From assembly GCA_965203135.1 (NCBI GenBank), contig CBDBBO010000002.1, positions 641,529 to 705,528 of the forward strand: a stretch of DNA of 64,000 nucleotides, in the 5' to 3' direction. The notes below the pieces were generated by a model, which was given only the letters and a program-made list of their open reading frames with translations, searched no databases and was not told the origin of the DNA. Made by a program: the position numbers and the translations under genes. Positions 53,470-62,362 of this stretch are shown here, one piece after another (position 1 is the stretch's first letter; every line of letters begins with the position of its first letter). The stretch comes from Dehalococcoidia bacterium (GTDB lineage Bacteria > Chloroflexota > Dehalococcoidia > Lucifugimonadales > CATOSD01).

Positions 53470-53867
53470 GGGCGGGTTTGAAACCCTCCCGTACGTAACA
53501 ACCGGCGGTGACAGCGCTTGTCGAGTGGAGAATAGCACGGGCGTGCTATAGAATCAAGGGAGGGTAGGGAGCGGAGGATCGCGTGAACGTCGGGTCCCTC
53601 TAGTGGAGAGGGTTGGGCAACCACCAGGGATTGCCCCTACAAAGGCCGACCGAAAAGGAGGATACAGGCTCCTAGTTGACATAAAGTCGAGGGAATGGAC
53701 CTGATTGTGGGAATTTTTGCGGCATGTATGTGGCATGTGCATGGCAGATTCCAGACGCCGGCGAGATATGGGTGTGGCGTATGGGTTACGCGGATGGGAA
53801 GGATTGGGGCACGATTTTTGGGGTGGTTCGGCTTGTGGGGGAGGGGTAGGGGGCGTTCTCGACCTCA
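53470..53867 (-). repeat. Intergenic promoter module, copy D (diverged, longer)
   Basis: Minus strand reads TTGATT (53557..53552), 17 nt ending in CCGTGC, TATTCT (53534..53529), then the hairpin GGGAGGGTTTCAAACCCGCCC (53490..53470). Faces BNR3. Confidence 0.5.
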
Positions 53868-53881
53868 CCGGGCGGGTCACA

Positions 53882-55331
53882 AACCATCCGCTCCAACTAA
53901 TTCTTTGTCTCGGCGGTTTTTGACCGTGGAGAGCAGTTGCGTCCGGCGTAGCGAGGTGTACGGGTGAGCGCCAGTCCTGGTGGTGCGGGTGTTATAGCAT
54001 CGGTGGGTATATTGGGCGTCTGGACGCGGGTTCTTCGGGAAGGTCGTATGAAGCCGAGCCGGCGCCCACTCTCCACGAATATCTTCACAGGGTCTCTGCC
54101 TTCGTAGGCGTACTGGGGAGCATACTCCACCAGAAGGGCGATAGACACCTCGAACGGGTCGACCTCCGCCTTGTGAGCAATCTCCATCCTCAGCGACTGC
54201 AGCACCTGAGAGATGATCAGCGTCGCCCATACCTGCTGGTGTATCACCACCCGCTTGGCAGACCACAGAAGCCTCAGCTTCAGGTGCTGTTTGGCCAGCC
54301 TGAAGGCCATCTCGATGTCCCACCTGCGAGCATACAACTGGGCCATCGTCGCGATAGGCAACGTACTCGGCTCGAGTACGTTGGTGATGTAGCGGTGCAT
54401 CGTCCGGCCCTGTCTGAACGTCACCAGCCGAACCGCGTGCCTGGCCCGGTCTGAGCGGTGCGCACCCAGCCACACTATCCCGTCGAACATCTCGCCCCGA
54501 CGATAGTAGGTGTGGATCTCCTTGTAGCTGGTCTTCTGCCTCAGCCTGCTCAGCCAGTACATCTTCCGGTCGGTGAGCCAGTCGAACCAGGCGAAGCCGA
54601 AATACCCCAGGTCCGCCAACACCAAAGTCCCCGCAGACAACTCGGAGGCCAACTCCCGCGCCGAAACCTTCTCGTTCTGGCGGGGGTTCGAGTGAAAGCT
54701 CACCTTTCGCCACAACTGGCGCCGCACGTCGAACACTCCCCCAAGCTTGCCGGGCAACAGACGGCTGTCTCCATCGGGCACTTTCCTCAGAGTGGGAACC
54801 GTTCTCGCCACCTTGTCCAGCGTGCTCTCGTCTATGCACACCACCTCGCTTGCGAACGGCGCCAGTTCCGCAGACCCGACATCGCAAAGCCTGCCTTCCA
54901 ACACCCCGGTGATGTGCTCGAATATCCTCTCGAACGGCGCCGTTCCCGCGCTGTGCAGCCGCTTGTAGACCGCCTGGTCGGTGACCTCGAATCGAGGCCA
55001 AAACCACAGACTGCGCTCCGAAATGAGACGCCACAGCGCCAACTGGCTGTTGAACCCTCTCACCACGCACACCAGCAGCCCCGCCCACAGCGCCATGGCG
55101 GGCAGTATGCGCGGCCTGCCGGGACCCTTGTACTCGTGGTTCAGCTTCATACCCGCCAAACACTGCTGAATGAACTCCTCTACGCCCCCGACAATGTCCG
55201 CGTCATCCCTGACATCCGTGCCCATGATCGCTCAACTCCACCTCCTCAGTAGTCCCCCAACGCTACCACCAAAAGAGAGGTCTGACCAAGCAACGCAACG
55301 ATGCCACACCAATTAGTTGGAGCGGATGGTT
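53882..55331 (-). mobile_element. IS4-family insertion sequence (~1.45 kb) inside a type-2 GC hairpin
   Basis: IRs (AA)CCATCCGCTCCAACTAATT at 53882..53902 and AATTAGTTGGAGCGGATGG(TT) at 55311..55331. The outside flanks GGGCGGGT... and ...ACCCGCCCC are the two arms of the module hairpin. Confidence 0.8.
53897..55225 (-). CDS. IS4 family DDE transposase
   Basis: VVCIDESTLDKV, VLADLGYFGFAWF, LYARRWDIEMAFRLAKQHLKL (YREK-type region). Confidence 0.85.
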   Translation of the reverse strand: MGTDVRDDADIVGGVEEFIQQCLAGMKLNHEYKGPGRPRILPAMALWAGLLVCVVRGFNSQLALWRLISERSLWFWPRFEVTDQAVYKRLHSAGTAPFERIFEHITGVLEGRLCDVGSAELAPFASEVVCIDESTLDKVARTVPTLRKVPDGDSRLLPGKLGGVFDVRRQLWRKVSFHSNPRQNEKVSARELASELSAGTLVLADLGYFGFAWFDWLTDRKMYWLSRLRQKTSYKEIHTYYRRGEMFDGIVWLGAHRSDRARHAVRLVTFRQGRTMHRYITNVLEPSTLPIATMAQLYARRWDIEMAFRLAKQHLKLRLLWSAKRVVIHQQVWATLIISQVLQSLRMEIAHKAEVDPFEVSIALLVEYAPQYAYEGRDPVKIFVESGRRLGFIRPSRRTRVQTPNIPTDAITPAPPGLALTRTPRYAGRNCSPRSKTAETKN

Positions 55332-55537
55332 GCAAACCCGCCCCTACCGTGTACGAGAATAGCACGTATGTACGTATATTGCAAGGGCGGTGGCGAATTT
55401 GCGGGACCGGGGCGGATTGATGGGAAGAAATTGCGCAGGTGTGGCGCAGGGTTGGGGGGCGCGTGGCGCGTTTTTGGGGGTTGGATGGGGCAGGAGCTGG
55501 GCACGGGTGGGGCGGCAAAGTGACGCTTTTTTCGAGG
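55332..55537 (-). repeat. Intergenic promoter module, copy C (5' hairpin split by the IS4 element)
   Basis: Minus strand reads TTGCAA (55384..55379), 17 nt ending in ACGTGC, TATTCT (55361..55356). The arm ...GCAAAGTGACGCTTTTTTCGAGGG is homologous to copies A and B. Confidence 0.65.
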
Positions 55538-55578
55538 GTGTGGGGGGCGGAGTCACCCCCATCCTTGCCTTCCCCCTT

Positions 55579-56922
55579 GATGGGCTCACAGGGGTAGGTA
55601 AAGTAAAATACAGGTATAAGGACTTGGAAAGCGCATGGCATTCTGGCATCTTTTTGTTAGCACACAGAAAGGTTGCCAGAGATTCGCCATGCGCCTCCCG
55701 CCCGAATGCTACCAGATGCAGTACACGATTGAACAGCACATGCCGCACCTCAGACATTCTCAGATGAGGGGGTTGGTCTTGTGGGTGTACGGCGCCATAC
55801 TGGCCGGGAGCAACTGTCAGAACGCCGTGGCGGCGGCGCTTTCGGTCATGGGCAGCTACAACACTCTGCGCCAATACATCAGAGAGTGGGTCTACAACGG
55901 TCAGGACCGCGCCAGTCCCTGCCAGGTGCAACTGGATGTGAACTCGTGCTTCGTTCCACTGTTGAGATGGGTGCTGTCTTGGTGGCAGTCGGACAGGCTG
56001 GTGTTGGCTGTAGACCCGACGCTGAAGGGCGACCGGATAAGCTCCATAGTGGTGAGTGTGGTCTATCGCAGTTGCGCGATTCCGGTTGGTTGGCACATCC
56101 TTCCCGCCAACAGGCCCGGTCGGTGGATAGGGCCTGCGGTGGAGTTGCTGGAGTTGTTGGCGACTGCGGTTCCTGAGGACCGGACCGTGCTGGTGATGTG
56201 CGACCGGGGTCTGAGGAGTCCGAGGCTGTGGGAACAGATACGCTCTTCGGGGTGGCATCCGTACGTACGGCAGTCGATCAACACCGTCTTCTGCCCGGAC
56301 GGAGGGACGCGTCTGACTGCGAGGTATCTCGTGCCGGGGCCGGGTCACGCCTGGGTTGGCGGCGGCACGGCGTTCAGGGCCCAGAGCAAACGGCGCCGCG
56401 GCACGATGATCGTGATTTGGGATGAAGGCCAGGACGAGCCGTGGGTGGTGCTCACGGACCTTGCTCCTGATGAAGCCGGACCGTGCTGGTACGCGCTTCG
56501 CTTCTGGATAGAAGTTGGGTTCAAAGCGATCAAGAGTGTCGGGTGGCAATGGCAGAAAACCCGCAGGACAGACCCCGAACGGGTCAGCCGCCATTGGCTG
56601 GTGCTGTCTGTGGCGACGCTGTGGACGCTGGCTTACGGAACCAGGGTCGAAGACGCCGATAGCCTGGGTGTAGCCCCGGGCCGTCTCAGAGCGCCGCCCA
56701 AGACCATCGTCTCCACACCTCGCGCCGCCGCGAGCAGGCCGAACCGGACCGTCAGTGTACTGCGGCTGGGCATAATCTGGCTGAGACGCCTGCTGAACAG
56801 GGGACGACCGTGGCGGAGGGTGTGGCTGGCTCCCGAACCGTGGCCCGAAACGTCTCCCAATCTGAAGGTCATCCGTCATACTTATACCTGAAATACCAAA
56901 TACCTACCCCTGTAAGCCCGTC
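55579..56922 (+). mobile_element. IS4/IS701-like insertion sequence (~1.34 kb) inside a type-1 REP hairpin
   Basis: About 40-bp IRs: GATGGGCTCACAGGGGTAGGTA-N10-CAGGTATAAG at the left end and its complement at 56881..56922. Flanks are GTCACCCCCATCCTTGCCTTCCCCCTT and GAGGGGGAAGG. The TSD is not resolvable. Confidence 0.7.
55635..56891 (+). CDS. DDE transposase (IS4/IS701-like)
   Basis: LVLAVDPTL, VLVMCDRGL, WYALRFWIEVGFKAIKSVGWQWQKTR. The start is uncertain (55635, 55689 or 55716). Confidence 0.75.
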   Translation: MAFWHLFVSTQKGCQRFAMRLPPECYQMQYTIEQHMPHLRHSQMRGLVLWVYGAILAGSNCQNAVAAALSVMGSYNTLRQYIREWVYNGQDRASPCQVQLDVNSCFVPLLRWVLSWWQSDRLVLAVDPTLKGDRISSIVVSVVYRSCAIPVGWHILPANRPGRWIGPAVELLELLATAVPEDRTVLVMCDRGLRSPRLWEQIRSSGWHPYVRQSINTVFCPDGGTRLTARYLVPGPGHAWVGGGTAFRAQSKRRRGTMIVIWDEGQDEPWVVLTDLAPDEAGPCWYALRFWIEVGFKAIKSVGWQWQKTRRTDPERVSRHWLVLSVATLWTLAYGTRVEDADSLGVAPGRLRAPPKTIVSTPRAAASRPNRTVSVLRLGIIWLRRLLNRGRPWRRVWLAPEPWPETSPNLKVIRHTYT

Positions 56923-56969
56923 GAGGGGGAAGGGGCTTTTGGCAAGGCTTACTCGCTGTGCCTAAGAGC

Positions 56970-57446
56970 CTATCCGATAACTCCGGCTGCACGATATGTT
57001 GTTTGAGCGCAGGCGAGATGAAGCATAGCCAGGTAGTTATCCAAGCGCTTTTCCCACCGGACCAGCAGCCTTCTGGACCGATTCAACCAACTGTGACTGC
57101 GCTCGACCACCCAGCGGCGGGCGCGGTATCCGGGAACGGTCTGTTTGTCCTTGCGTTCCTCGCCTCGACTTCGTATGTGCGCTGTGTATCCGTAGCTAGA
57201 CACCAACTCCTGAACCTCAGGATAGTCATAGCCCTTGTCTAAACACAGCCCTTGAGGCCGTTGCGGTTGGGGCGCCGGACGGTCTCCCACAACGGCTTGG
57301 AGAGTTGGCTCAGCCAGCTTCATATCGTGGCGATTGGCGCCGTCCACGCTTATTCCTATCGGAATGCCGTTACCATCGGTCAGCAGACTTCGCTTTGTAC
57401 CCGTCTTGCCTCTGTCCGTAGGGTTGGGGCCAGTACCCTCACCCCC
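56970..57446 (-). CDS. IS1031-like transposase OrfB (copy 3), +1 frame relative to OrfA
   Basis: Own translation from the G6 run: GGEGTGPNPTDRGKTGTKRSLLTDGNGIPIGISVDGANRHDMKL...CLDKGYD...ARRWVVERSHSWLNRSRRLLVRWEK. Confidence 0.8.
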   Translation of the reverse strand, partial: GGEGTGPNPTDRGKTGTKRSLLTDGNGIPIGISVDGANRHDMKLAEPTLQAVVGDRPAPQPQRPQGLCLDKGYDYPEVQELVSSYGYTAHIRSRGEERKDKQTVPGYRARRWVVERSHSWLNRSRRLLVRWEKRLDNYLAMLHLACAQTTYRAAGVIG

Positions 57447-57804
57447 CGAGCGGAGCCTTCGTCATGGCTCCATCCATTGCCTGCCACTGCCATTGTATGC
57501 CGTGTAACTCGTCGTACTCGGCCAACCCGTGCTTCCATAGCCTCTCGAAGACTCCGTCTTTCACCCAACGCTGATAGCGGTCGTGCACGGTGCTCGGGGC
57601 TCCGTACGTTCGAGGCATGGACTTCCACTGGCAGCCGGTGCGCAACACGTAGAGTATCCCGTCCATACAATCGCGGGCGGACTTCCAGGGCCTTCCGCCC
57701 TTCGGACCCATCTCGTCCAGGGGCAGCAAGGGCTCGATTCTTTCCCAAAGCGCATCGGACATGCGCATGTCGTCTCCCGCAACACGTTTTCCACTCTTGG
57801 TCAT
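57439..57804 (-). CDS. IS1031-like transposase OrfA (copy 3)
   Basis: MSDALWERIEPLLP...GGRPWKSARDCMDGILYVLRTGCQWKSMP...MDGAMTKAPLGG. The stop comes immediately after a G6 run. Confidence 0.85.
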   Translation of the reverse strand: MTKSGKRVAGDDMRMSDALWERIEPLLPLDEMGPKGGRPWKSARDCMDGILYVLRTGCQWKSMPRTYGAPSTVHDRYQRWVKDGVFERLWKHGLAEYDELHGIQWQWQAMDGAMTKAPLGG

Positions 57805-57889
57805 GTCCTTCCTCCATACGGAATTGGAGAAAGCGTAAATGAAGTACCATACGGCGACTCAAGGCGATTTAGGGTTATCGGATAGGCTC

Positions 57890-58302
57890 TTAGTAGGCGC
57901 AGGTATCGGAGCGGGGGTTCTGCTCAGCGCCTTTATCAGATCCTGGATTGCCTGTTCTTGCTCTGACTCTGGGGTGAGAGTAGTAGTCACTGTAGGAATT
58001 GTCGCGGTATTGCCATCAGGAGAGGCCTCCGGGACTGTTGTTGCAACTTCACCCGCAGGTTCTCGTGACGGCTCGGGCGAGGGGCATGGTGTAGGTGCGG
58101 GCTTGCTAGTTTGAAAGGGTCCCAAATTGGAGGCTGGAGTAGGTTCGATTGATGAGGAAGTGCTACGCACTTGTATACTTGCCGTCGGAAGTCCGGGAGT
58201 AGTTGAATCACCGCCGGGTTCAGCTTCCCCACAACCCACAGCCACAAGACACAACTGTGCAGCTAGGATGACTAGCGAAAGTTGAAGCGTTCTCACCAAC
58301 AC
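57890..58302 (-). pseudogene. Lipoprotein gene 5' fragment truncated by IS copy 3
   Basis: GTG start and lipobox LCLVAVGCG, then a Pro/Thr/Ser-rich linker. The ORF runs into the IS terminal repeat (last 10 codons are IS sequence). Confidence 0.5.
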
Positions 58303-58351
58303 AGATGCGCGCTCTCGATAGTTCCGCTTCCTCTGAAGCCAGGAACTCTAG

Positions 58352-58420
58352 CTACTCCGGGATCTCTGTACGTCGGGAGGCGTCCAGGATTTCGATTCCC
58401 ACTACGTTTCCGTGACTGTC
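58352..58420 (-). pseudogene. DUF2283 (YuzE-like) gene, C-terminal half, separated by IS copy 2
   Basis: Own translation: DSHGNVVGIEILDASRRTEIPE*. This is the conserved GIEIL core of DUF2283, in frame with the N-terminal half at 59361..59462 once the IS is removed. Confidence 0.7.
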
Positions 58421-58427
58421 TTAGAGC

Positions 58428-58905
58428 CTATCCTAATAATCCGGCGGCTCTGAGAGCAATCAGGGCGCAGGCGAAATGAAGAAACGCGATGTAGTTGTGT
58501 GGAGACTTGTCCCAGCGCACCAGAATGCGCCGGAAACGGTTCAGCCAACCGTGAGTGCGTTCCACCACCCAGCGCCGAGCCTTGAACCCGGCCTCCCGCT
58601 CGATGGCCTTCGCCTCCTCTCCACGACCGCGGATGTGGGCGGTGAAGCCGAACTCTTCCAACGTGCGGCGAACCTCGTCGAAGTCGTAACCCTTGTCCAG
58701 GCACATTCCCTGGGGTTGATCGGGGCTGGGCGTCGGTCGTGGCGCCGCCACGCTTTCCACCGTGGCCCGCACCAGCTTCATATCGTGGCGGTTGGCCCCA
58801 TCCACTGCCAGCCCCACCGGGATGCCCCGGGCTTTCGGCCAACAGACTGCGCTTGACGCCCCGTTTACCTCGGTCGGTGGGGTTGGCGCCGGTTTTTTTC
58901 CCCAC
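58428..58905 (-). pseudogene. IS1031-like transposase OrfB (copy 2), frameshifted
   Basis: After GKKTGANPTDRGKRGVKRSLLAE the OrfB frame reads nonsense (SPGHPGGAGSGWG...). The DDE sequence (GIPVGLAVDGANRHDMKL...) continues in another frame (ORF 58428..58946). Confidence 0.75.
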
Positions 58906-59317
58906 CCAGGGGCGATTTGGTCATGGCGCCGTCCATACTCAGCCAACTCCAGTCCAACCCCTTCAGTTCGTCATAGCGTTCCAGCCCCTCTCGCCACAGC
59001 TCGAGGAACACCCCGGCGGCAACCCATTCCTGAAAGCGCAGATGGGCCGTAGACCCCGAGCAGATGCTCGTGGCGTCCAGGGCTTTCCACTGGCAGCCGG
59101 TGCGCAGCACGTAGAAGATGCCGTTGGCGCAGGTGCGGTCGGGAACCCGGGGCCGGCCGCCGCCCCGGGGATGGGTGTTCACCCGCTGTGGAATCAGGGG
59201 TTCCAGCACTTCCCAGAGTTCGTCGGAAACCTGGAATCCGCCGGTGGTGGGATTGGTCTTGGTGGCTGGGCTGGCGCGTCTGGGGCGTGGCGGGTTGGCA
59301 GCTTTCGCTTTCGTCAT
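58865..59317 (-). CDS. IS1031-like transposase OrfA (copy 2)
   Basis: Identical to copy 1 OrfA except for about 4 residues. A7 run at 58899..58893. Confidence 0.8.
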   Translation of the reverse strand: MTKAKAANPPRPRRASPATKTNPTTGGFQVSDELWEVLEPLIPQRVNTHPRGGGRPRVPDRTCANGIFYVLRTGCQWKALDATSICSGSTAHLRFQEWVAAGVFLELWREGLERYDELKGLDWSWLSMDGAMTKSPLGGEKNRRQPHRPR

Positions 59318-59357
59318 TAAACCAGTATAGCCTGAATCTTGTTTTTAGGATAGGCTC

Positions 59358-59462
59358 TTAGTCGAGAATGAAACCGGGATCCTCCTCGTCGCTTTCGTCA
59401 ATCACGGCATTCTTTCGCAGAATGCGGAGCGTATCCGTGGCCGGATCGTAAGTAACCTTCAT
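59358..59462 (-). pseudogene. DUF2283 (YuzE-like) gene, N-terminal half ending at the IS junction
   Basis: Own translation: MKVTYDPATDTLRILRKNAVIDESDEEDPGFILD followed by TAA, which is formed by the IS-flanking TTA. Confidence 0.7.
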
Positions 59463-59484
59463 TGGTAATGGCCCCAGTCGCGGA

Positions 59485-59733
59485 CTATCGCCCCCGCCCT
59501 GCAACTTCAGCTTCTTCATCTAGGGAACGCCCGAGGCGTTCGAAATCCAGCGGCTTGCTCCGCATTTCATTCAAAGTCTGGAGGTCCTCAGCGTCCTCCA
59601 CACACTCAAGAAGCTCGATGTACTCTTGCAGGTCCAGGATTACCGCCGATGGCTGGCCGTCTTGGAACACTACTTGAAGCGGCCTTCGGCCCGCGTGTCC
59701 TTCCACTTCTTCCACCCTCCTGTGGTGCGACAA
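59485..59733 (-). CDS. Putative type II antitoxin-like protein (Phd/YefM/RelB-like)
   Basis: VVFQDGQPSAVILDLQEYIELLECVEDAEDLQTLNEMRSKPLDF resembles the antitoxin beta-alpha N-domain followed by a helical tail. No toxin partner was recognised. Confidence 0.4.
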   Translation of the reverse strand: MSHHRRVEEVEGHAGRRPLQVVFQDGQPSAVILDLQEYIELLECVEDAEDLQTLNEMRSKPLDFERLGRSLDEEAEVAGRGR

Positions 59734-59755
59734 CGCGCAAGGAGTCGCGCGCCCC

Positions 59756-60688
59756 CTACCCTGCCGCGGCCATCACCTCGATCAGCTCGCGGACGGCGTC
59801 GGCGGAGTGCTGGAGCGCGGCGGACTCGTCCGGCGTGAGCTGGAACTCGATGACCTCCTCCACGCCACCGGCACCCAGTTTGACGGGCACGCCGACGTAG
59901 ATGCCCTCGATGCCGTACTCCCCCTCCAGGTAGGCCGTGCACGGCAGAATCTGCTTCTTGTCGAACAGGATCGACTCGACCATCTGCACGATGGCGGCGG
60001 ACGGCGCGTAGTAGGCGCTTCCGCTCTTGAGCAGGTTCACTATCTCGGCGCCCCCGTCCTGGGTGCGCTTCACCAGCGCCTCCACTCGTTCCGGCGGCAG
60101 CAACTCGGACAGCGGCGTGCCCCCGACGGTGGTGCTGGCGGCGATCGGGACCATCGTGTCTCCGTGGCCGCCCAGCACGAAGGTGGCCACAGCCTCCACG
60201 GAGACGTCCAGCTCCTGGGCGATGAACGTGCGGAAGCGCGCGGTGTCGAGGATTCCGGCCATGCCGAACACTCGCTCCTTGGGCAGGCCGCTCACCTGAT
60301 AGGCGCGCTGCACCATCGCGTCGAGCGGATTGGTCACGACGAGCAGCATTGCGTCCGGGGAGTGCTCGACCACCTGTCCGACTACGCTGGTGATGATGTT
60401 CATGTTCGTCAGCAGCAGATCGTCGCGGCTCATGCCGGGCCGTCGCGCCACGCCGGACGTGATGACCACGATGTCGGAGCCGGCAGTGTCGGCGTAGTCG
60501 TTGGTGCCGACTACTGACGCGTCCGACCCGAGTATCGGCCCGGCTTCCAGCATGTCGAGCGCCTTGCCTTGGGGAAGCCCCTCCACGATGTCGACCAGCA
60601 CCACGTCGGCGTAGCCCTTGTCGAAGATGCGTTGTGCGGCGGTGGCCCCTACGTTGCCCGCCCCTACCACTGTTACCTTGCTACGCAT
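59756..60688 (-). CDS. mdh: Malate dehydrogenase (LDH-like type)
   Basis: [47 protein letters not shown]. Confidence 0.9.
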   Translation of the reverse strand: MRSKVTVVGAGNVGATAAQRIFDKGYADVVLVDIVEGLPQGKALDMLEAGPILGSDASVVGTNDYADTAGSDIVVITSGVARRPGMSRDDLLLTNMNIITSVVGQVVEHSPDAMLLVVTNPLDAMVQRAYQVSGLPKERVFGMAGILDTARFRTFIAQELDVSVEAVATFVLGGHGDTMVPIAASTTVGGTPLSELLPPERVEALVKRTQDGGAEIVNLLKSGSAYYAPSAAIVQMVESILFDKKQILPCTAYLEGEYGIEGIYVGVPVKLGAGGVEEVIEFQLTPDESAALQHSADAVRELIEVMAAAG

Positions 60689-60747
60689 GTTTTCAGAATC
60701 TCCGATAGTGTCTTGTTGCCGCTCCGCGTCGTCGCGGAGGGGCTGTG

Positions 60748-61044
60748 TTATGAGTCCAGGAAGTCGTCCAAGCCCTCTTCCAGCTTCTCGGCCACCAGGC
60801 CCTCGAAGGGCCGTAGCGCGAGCGGAATCGAAAGCTCGATTTCGTAGTCCGTGTCCGTCACCTCGAGGGCGCCCTTGAAGTTGAGGCCGCGCGCCCTGAA
60901 CTCGAACTCCAGCGTGCTGTCTGTCCAGGCGTGACTCACCCCCGAGACGGTGTCGTCGAACTCGGACACGAACTCGTCGAATCTCGACGCCATTTTGTCG
61001 ACGGCGGCCTCCCGTGTCATGTTGTGAGCCCTCACTACCTTCAT
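60748..61044 (-). CDS. Small polyhydroxyalkanoic-acid-system-like protein
   Basis: 98 aa. The pattern H.MTREAAV..M...F......D.....W.DSTLEF.F.ARG...[16 protein letters not shown] resembles the TIGR02610-type family. Recognition is weak. Confidence 0.35.
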   Translation of the reverse strand: MKVVRAHNMTREAAVDKMASRFDEFVSEFDDTVSGVSHAWTDSTLEFEFRARGLNFKGALEVTDTDYEIELSIPLALRPFEGLVAEKLEEGLDDFLDS

Positions 61045-61080
61045 GATCGGGCGCGCCCTCCCTCTTCTAAGCCATCACGT

Positions 61081-62289
61081 CTAGCCGACGGTGTCGACGT
61101 ACTCCTGCCACCTGTCCTCGACAGTCGGGTCCTCCACGGTGGACATGATGTACTGGCCGTACTCGCGGCTGGTCGCGCCGGTGTTGCGGCCCGTCGTTAT
61201 GACCTTGCGCTCGTACTGACCACAGATGTCGAGGGCCTTGTGCAGCCGGCCACCCAGGTCCTCGAAGCCGATGTGCTCCAGCATCATCGCTCCCGCGCGG
61301 AGCAGCGAGCTTGGGTCGGCGTACTGCGCCCTGCCCTCCTGCACCATGCGGGGGGCGCTGCCGTGGATCGCTTCGAACATGGCGTAGCGCTTGCCGACGT
61401 TGGCGCTGCCGGCCGTGCCGACGCCGCCCTGGATCTGGGCCGCCTCGTCGGTAAGGATGTCGCCGTACAGGTTCGGCAGGGCCAGCACTTGGAAGTCCTT
61501 CTGGCGGGCCGGGTTGATGAGCGCGGCGGTCATTATGTCGATGTACCAGCCGTCCCACTCGATGCCGGGGTATCGCTCGGATACCTTCCTGGCGATGTCC
61601 AGGAACTTGCCGTCGGTGGTCTTCACCACGTTGGCCTTGGTCACGATGGTCACTTTGTCCCGGCCCGTGCGCTGGGCGTGGGCGAACGCCGCGTCGATGA
61701 TGCGCTCGGAGCCCTGCGTTGTGATGACGCGGAAATCGATGGCCAGGTCGTCTGTGGCATTCAGGCCCTGGCTGCCCACCGCGTACATGTCCTCGGTGTT
61801 CTCGCGGAAGAATGTCCAGTCCACGCCCTGGGCCGGTATGCGCACGGGTCGGACGTTCGCGAACAGGTCAAGCTCCTTGCGCATCGACACGTTTGCGCTC
61901 TCGATGTTGGGCCAGCCGTCGCCCCGCTCCGGGGTGTGCGTAGGCCCCTTGAGCGTGACGTGGCACTGCTTGATCTCGGCCAGCACGTCGTCCGGAATGG
62001 ACTGCAGCTTTTCTGCGCGGTTCTCGATGGTCAGGCCGTCGATGACCCGGAACTCGACCTTGCCGGAAGCCACCTCGTCGCGCAGCAGGTACGCCAGCAC
62101 GGCCTGGGTCTCCTCGCTGATTGAGGGGCCGATGCCGTCGCCGCCCAACATGCCGATGATGATTGGGCTGACGGAGGTGTAGTCGGTCCAGTCGCCCTCT
62201 TCCTTTAGCCTTTCGACTCGCTCAAGCTGTTGCTGGAGCACCGTTCCGAAGTGCTCCTTCGCGGACTCGATTATCTGATCGTATGCCAT
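61081..62289 (-). CDS. icd: Isocitrate dehydrogenase (isocitrate/isopropylmalate dehydrogenase family)
   Basis: Start at ATG 62289 (AAGGAG RBS). GGDGIGPSI, LKGPTHTP, MRKELDLFANVRPV, NLYGDILTDEAAQIQGGVGTAGSAN. Confidence 0.75.
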   Translation of the reverse strand: MAYDQIIESAKEHFGTVLQQQLERVERLKEEGDWTDYTSVSPIIIGMLGGDGIGPSISEETQAVLAYLLRDEVASGKVEFRVIDGLTIENRAEKLQSIPDDVLAEIKQCHVTLKGPTHTPERGDGWPNIESANVSMRKELDLFANVRPVRIPAQGVDWTFFRENTEDMYAVGSQGLNATDDLAIDFRVITTQGSERIIDAAFAHAQRTGRDKVTIVTKANVVKTTDGKFLDIARKVSERYPGIEWDGWYIDIMTAALINPARQKDFQVLALPNLYGDILTDEAAQIQGGVGTAGSANVGKRYAMFEAIHGSAPRMVQEGRAQYADPSSLLRAGAMMLEHIGFEDLGGRLHKALDICGQYERKVITTGRNTGATSREYGQYIMSTVEDPTVEDRWQEYVDTVG

Positions 62290-62362
62290 TTTAACTCCTT
62301 TCGGATTTTGCGATTCGTGTAGTGTTGCCCGGCCTTGGGCCAAGTACGGGGCGGCCATTCCG

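Larger units (their letters stand above)
56966..57889 (-). mobile_element. IS5-family (IS1031/IS427-like) insertion sequence, copy 3 (diverged lineage), 924 bp
   Basis: IRs GAGCCTATCCGATAAC (56966...) and GTTATCGGATAGGCTC (...57889). Flanks are TAA and TTA. Confidence 0.85.
58424..59357 (-). mobile_element. IS5-family (IS1031/IS427-like) insertion sequence, copy 2, 934 bp, defective
   Basis: Same IRs as copy 1, and TTA on both flanks. One extra T (58833..58835 TTT versus TT at 33206..33207) shifts OrfB out of frame. Confidence 0.85.
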
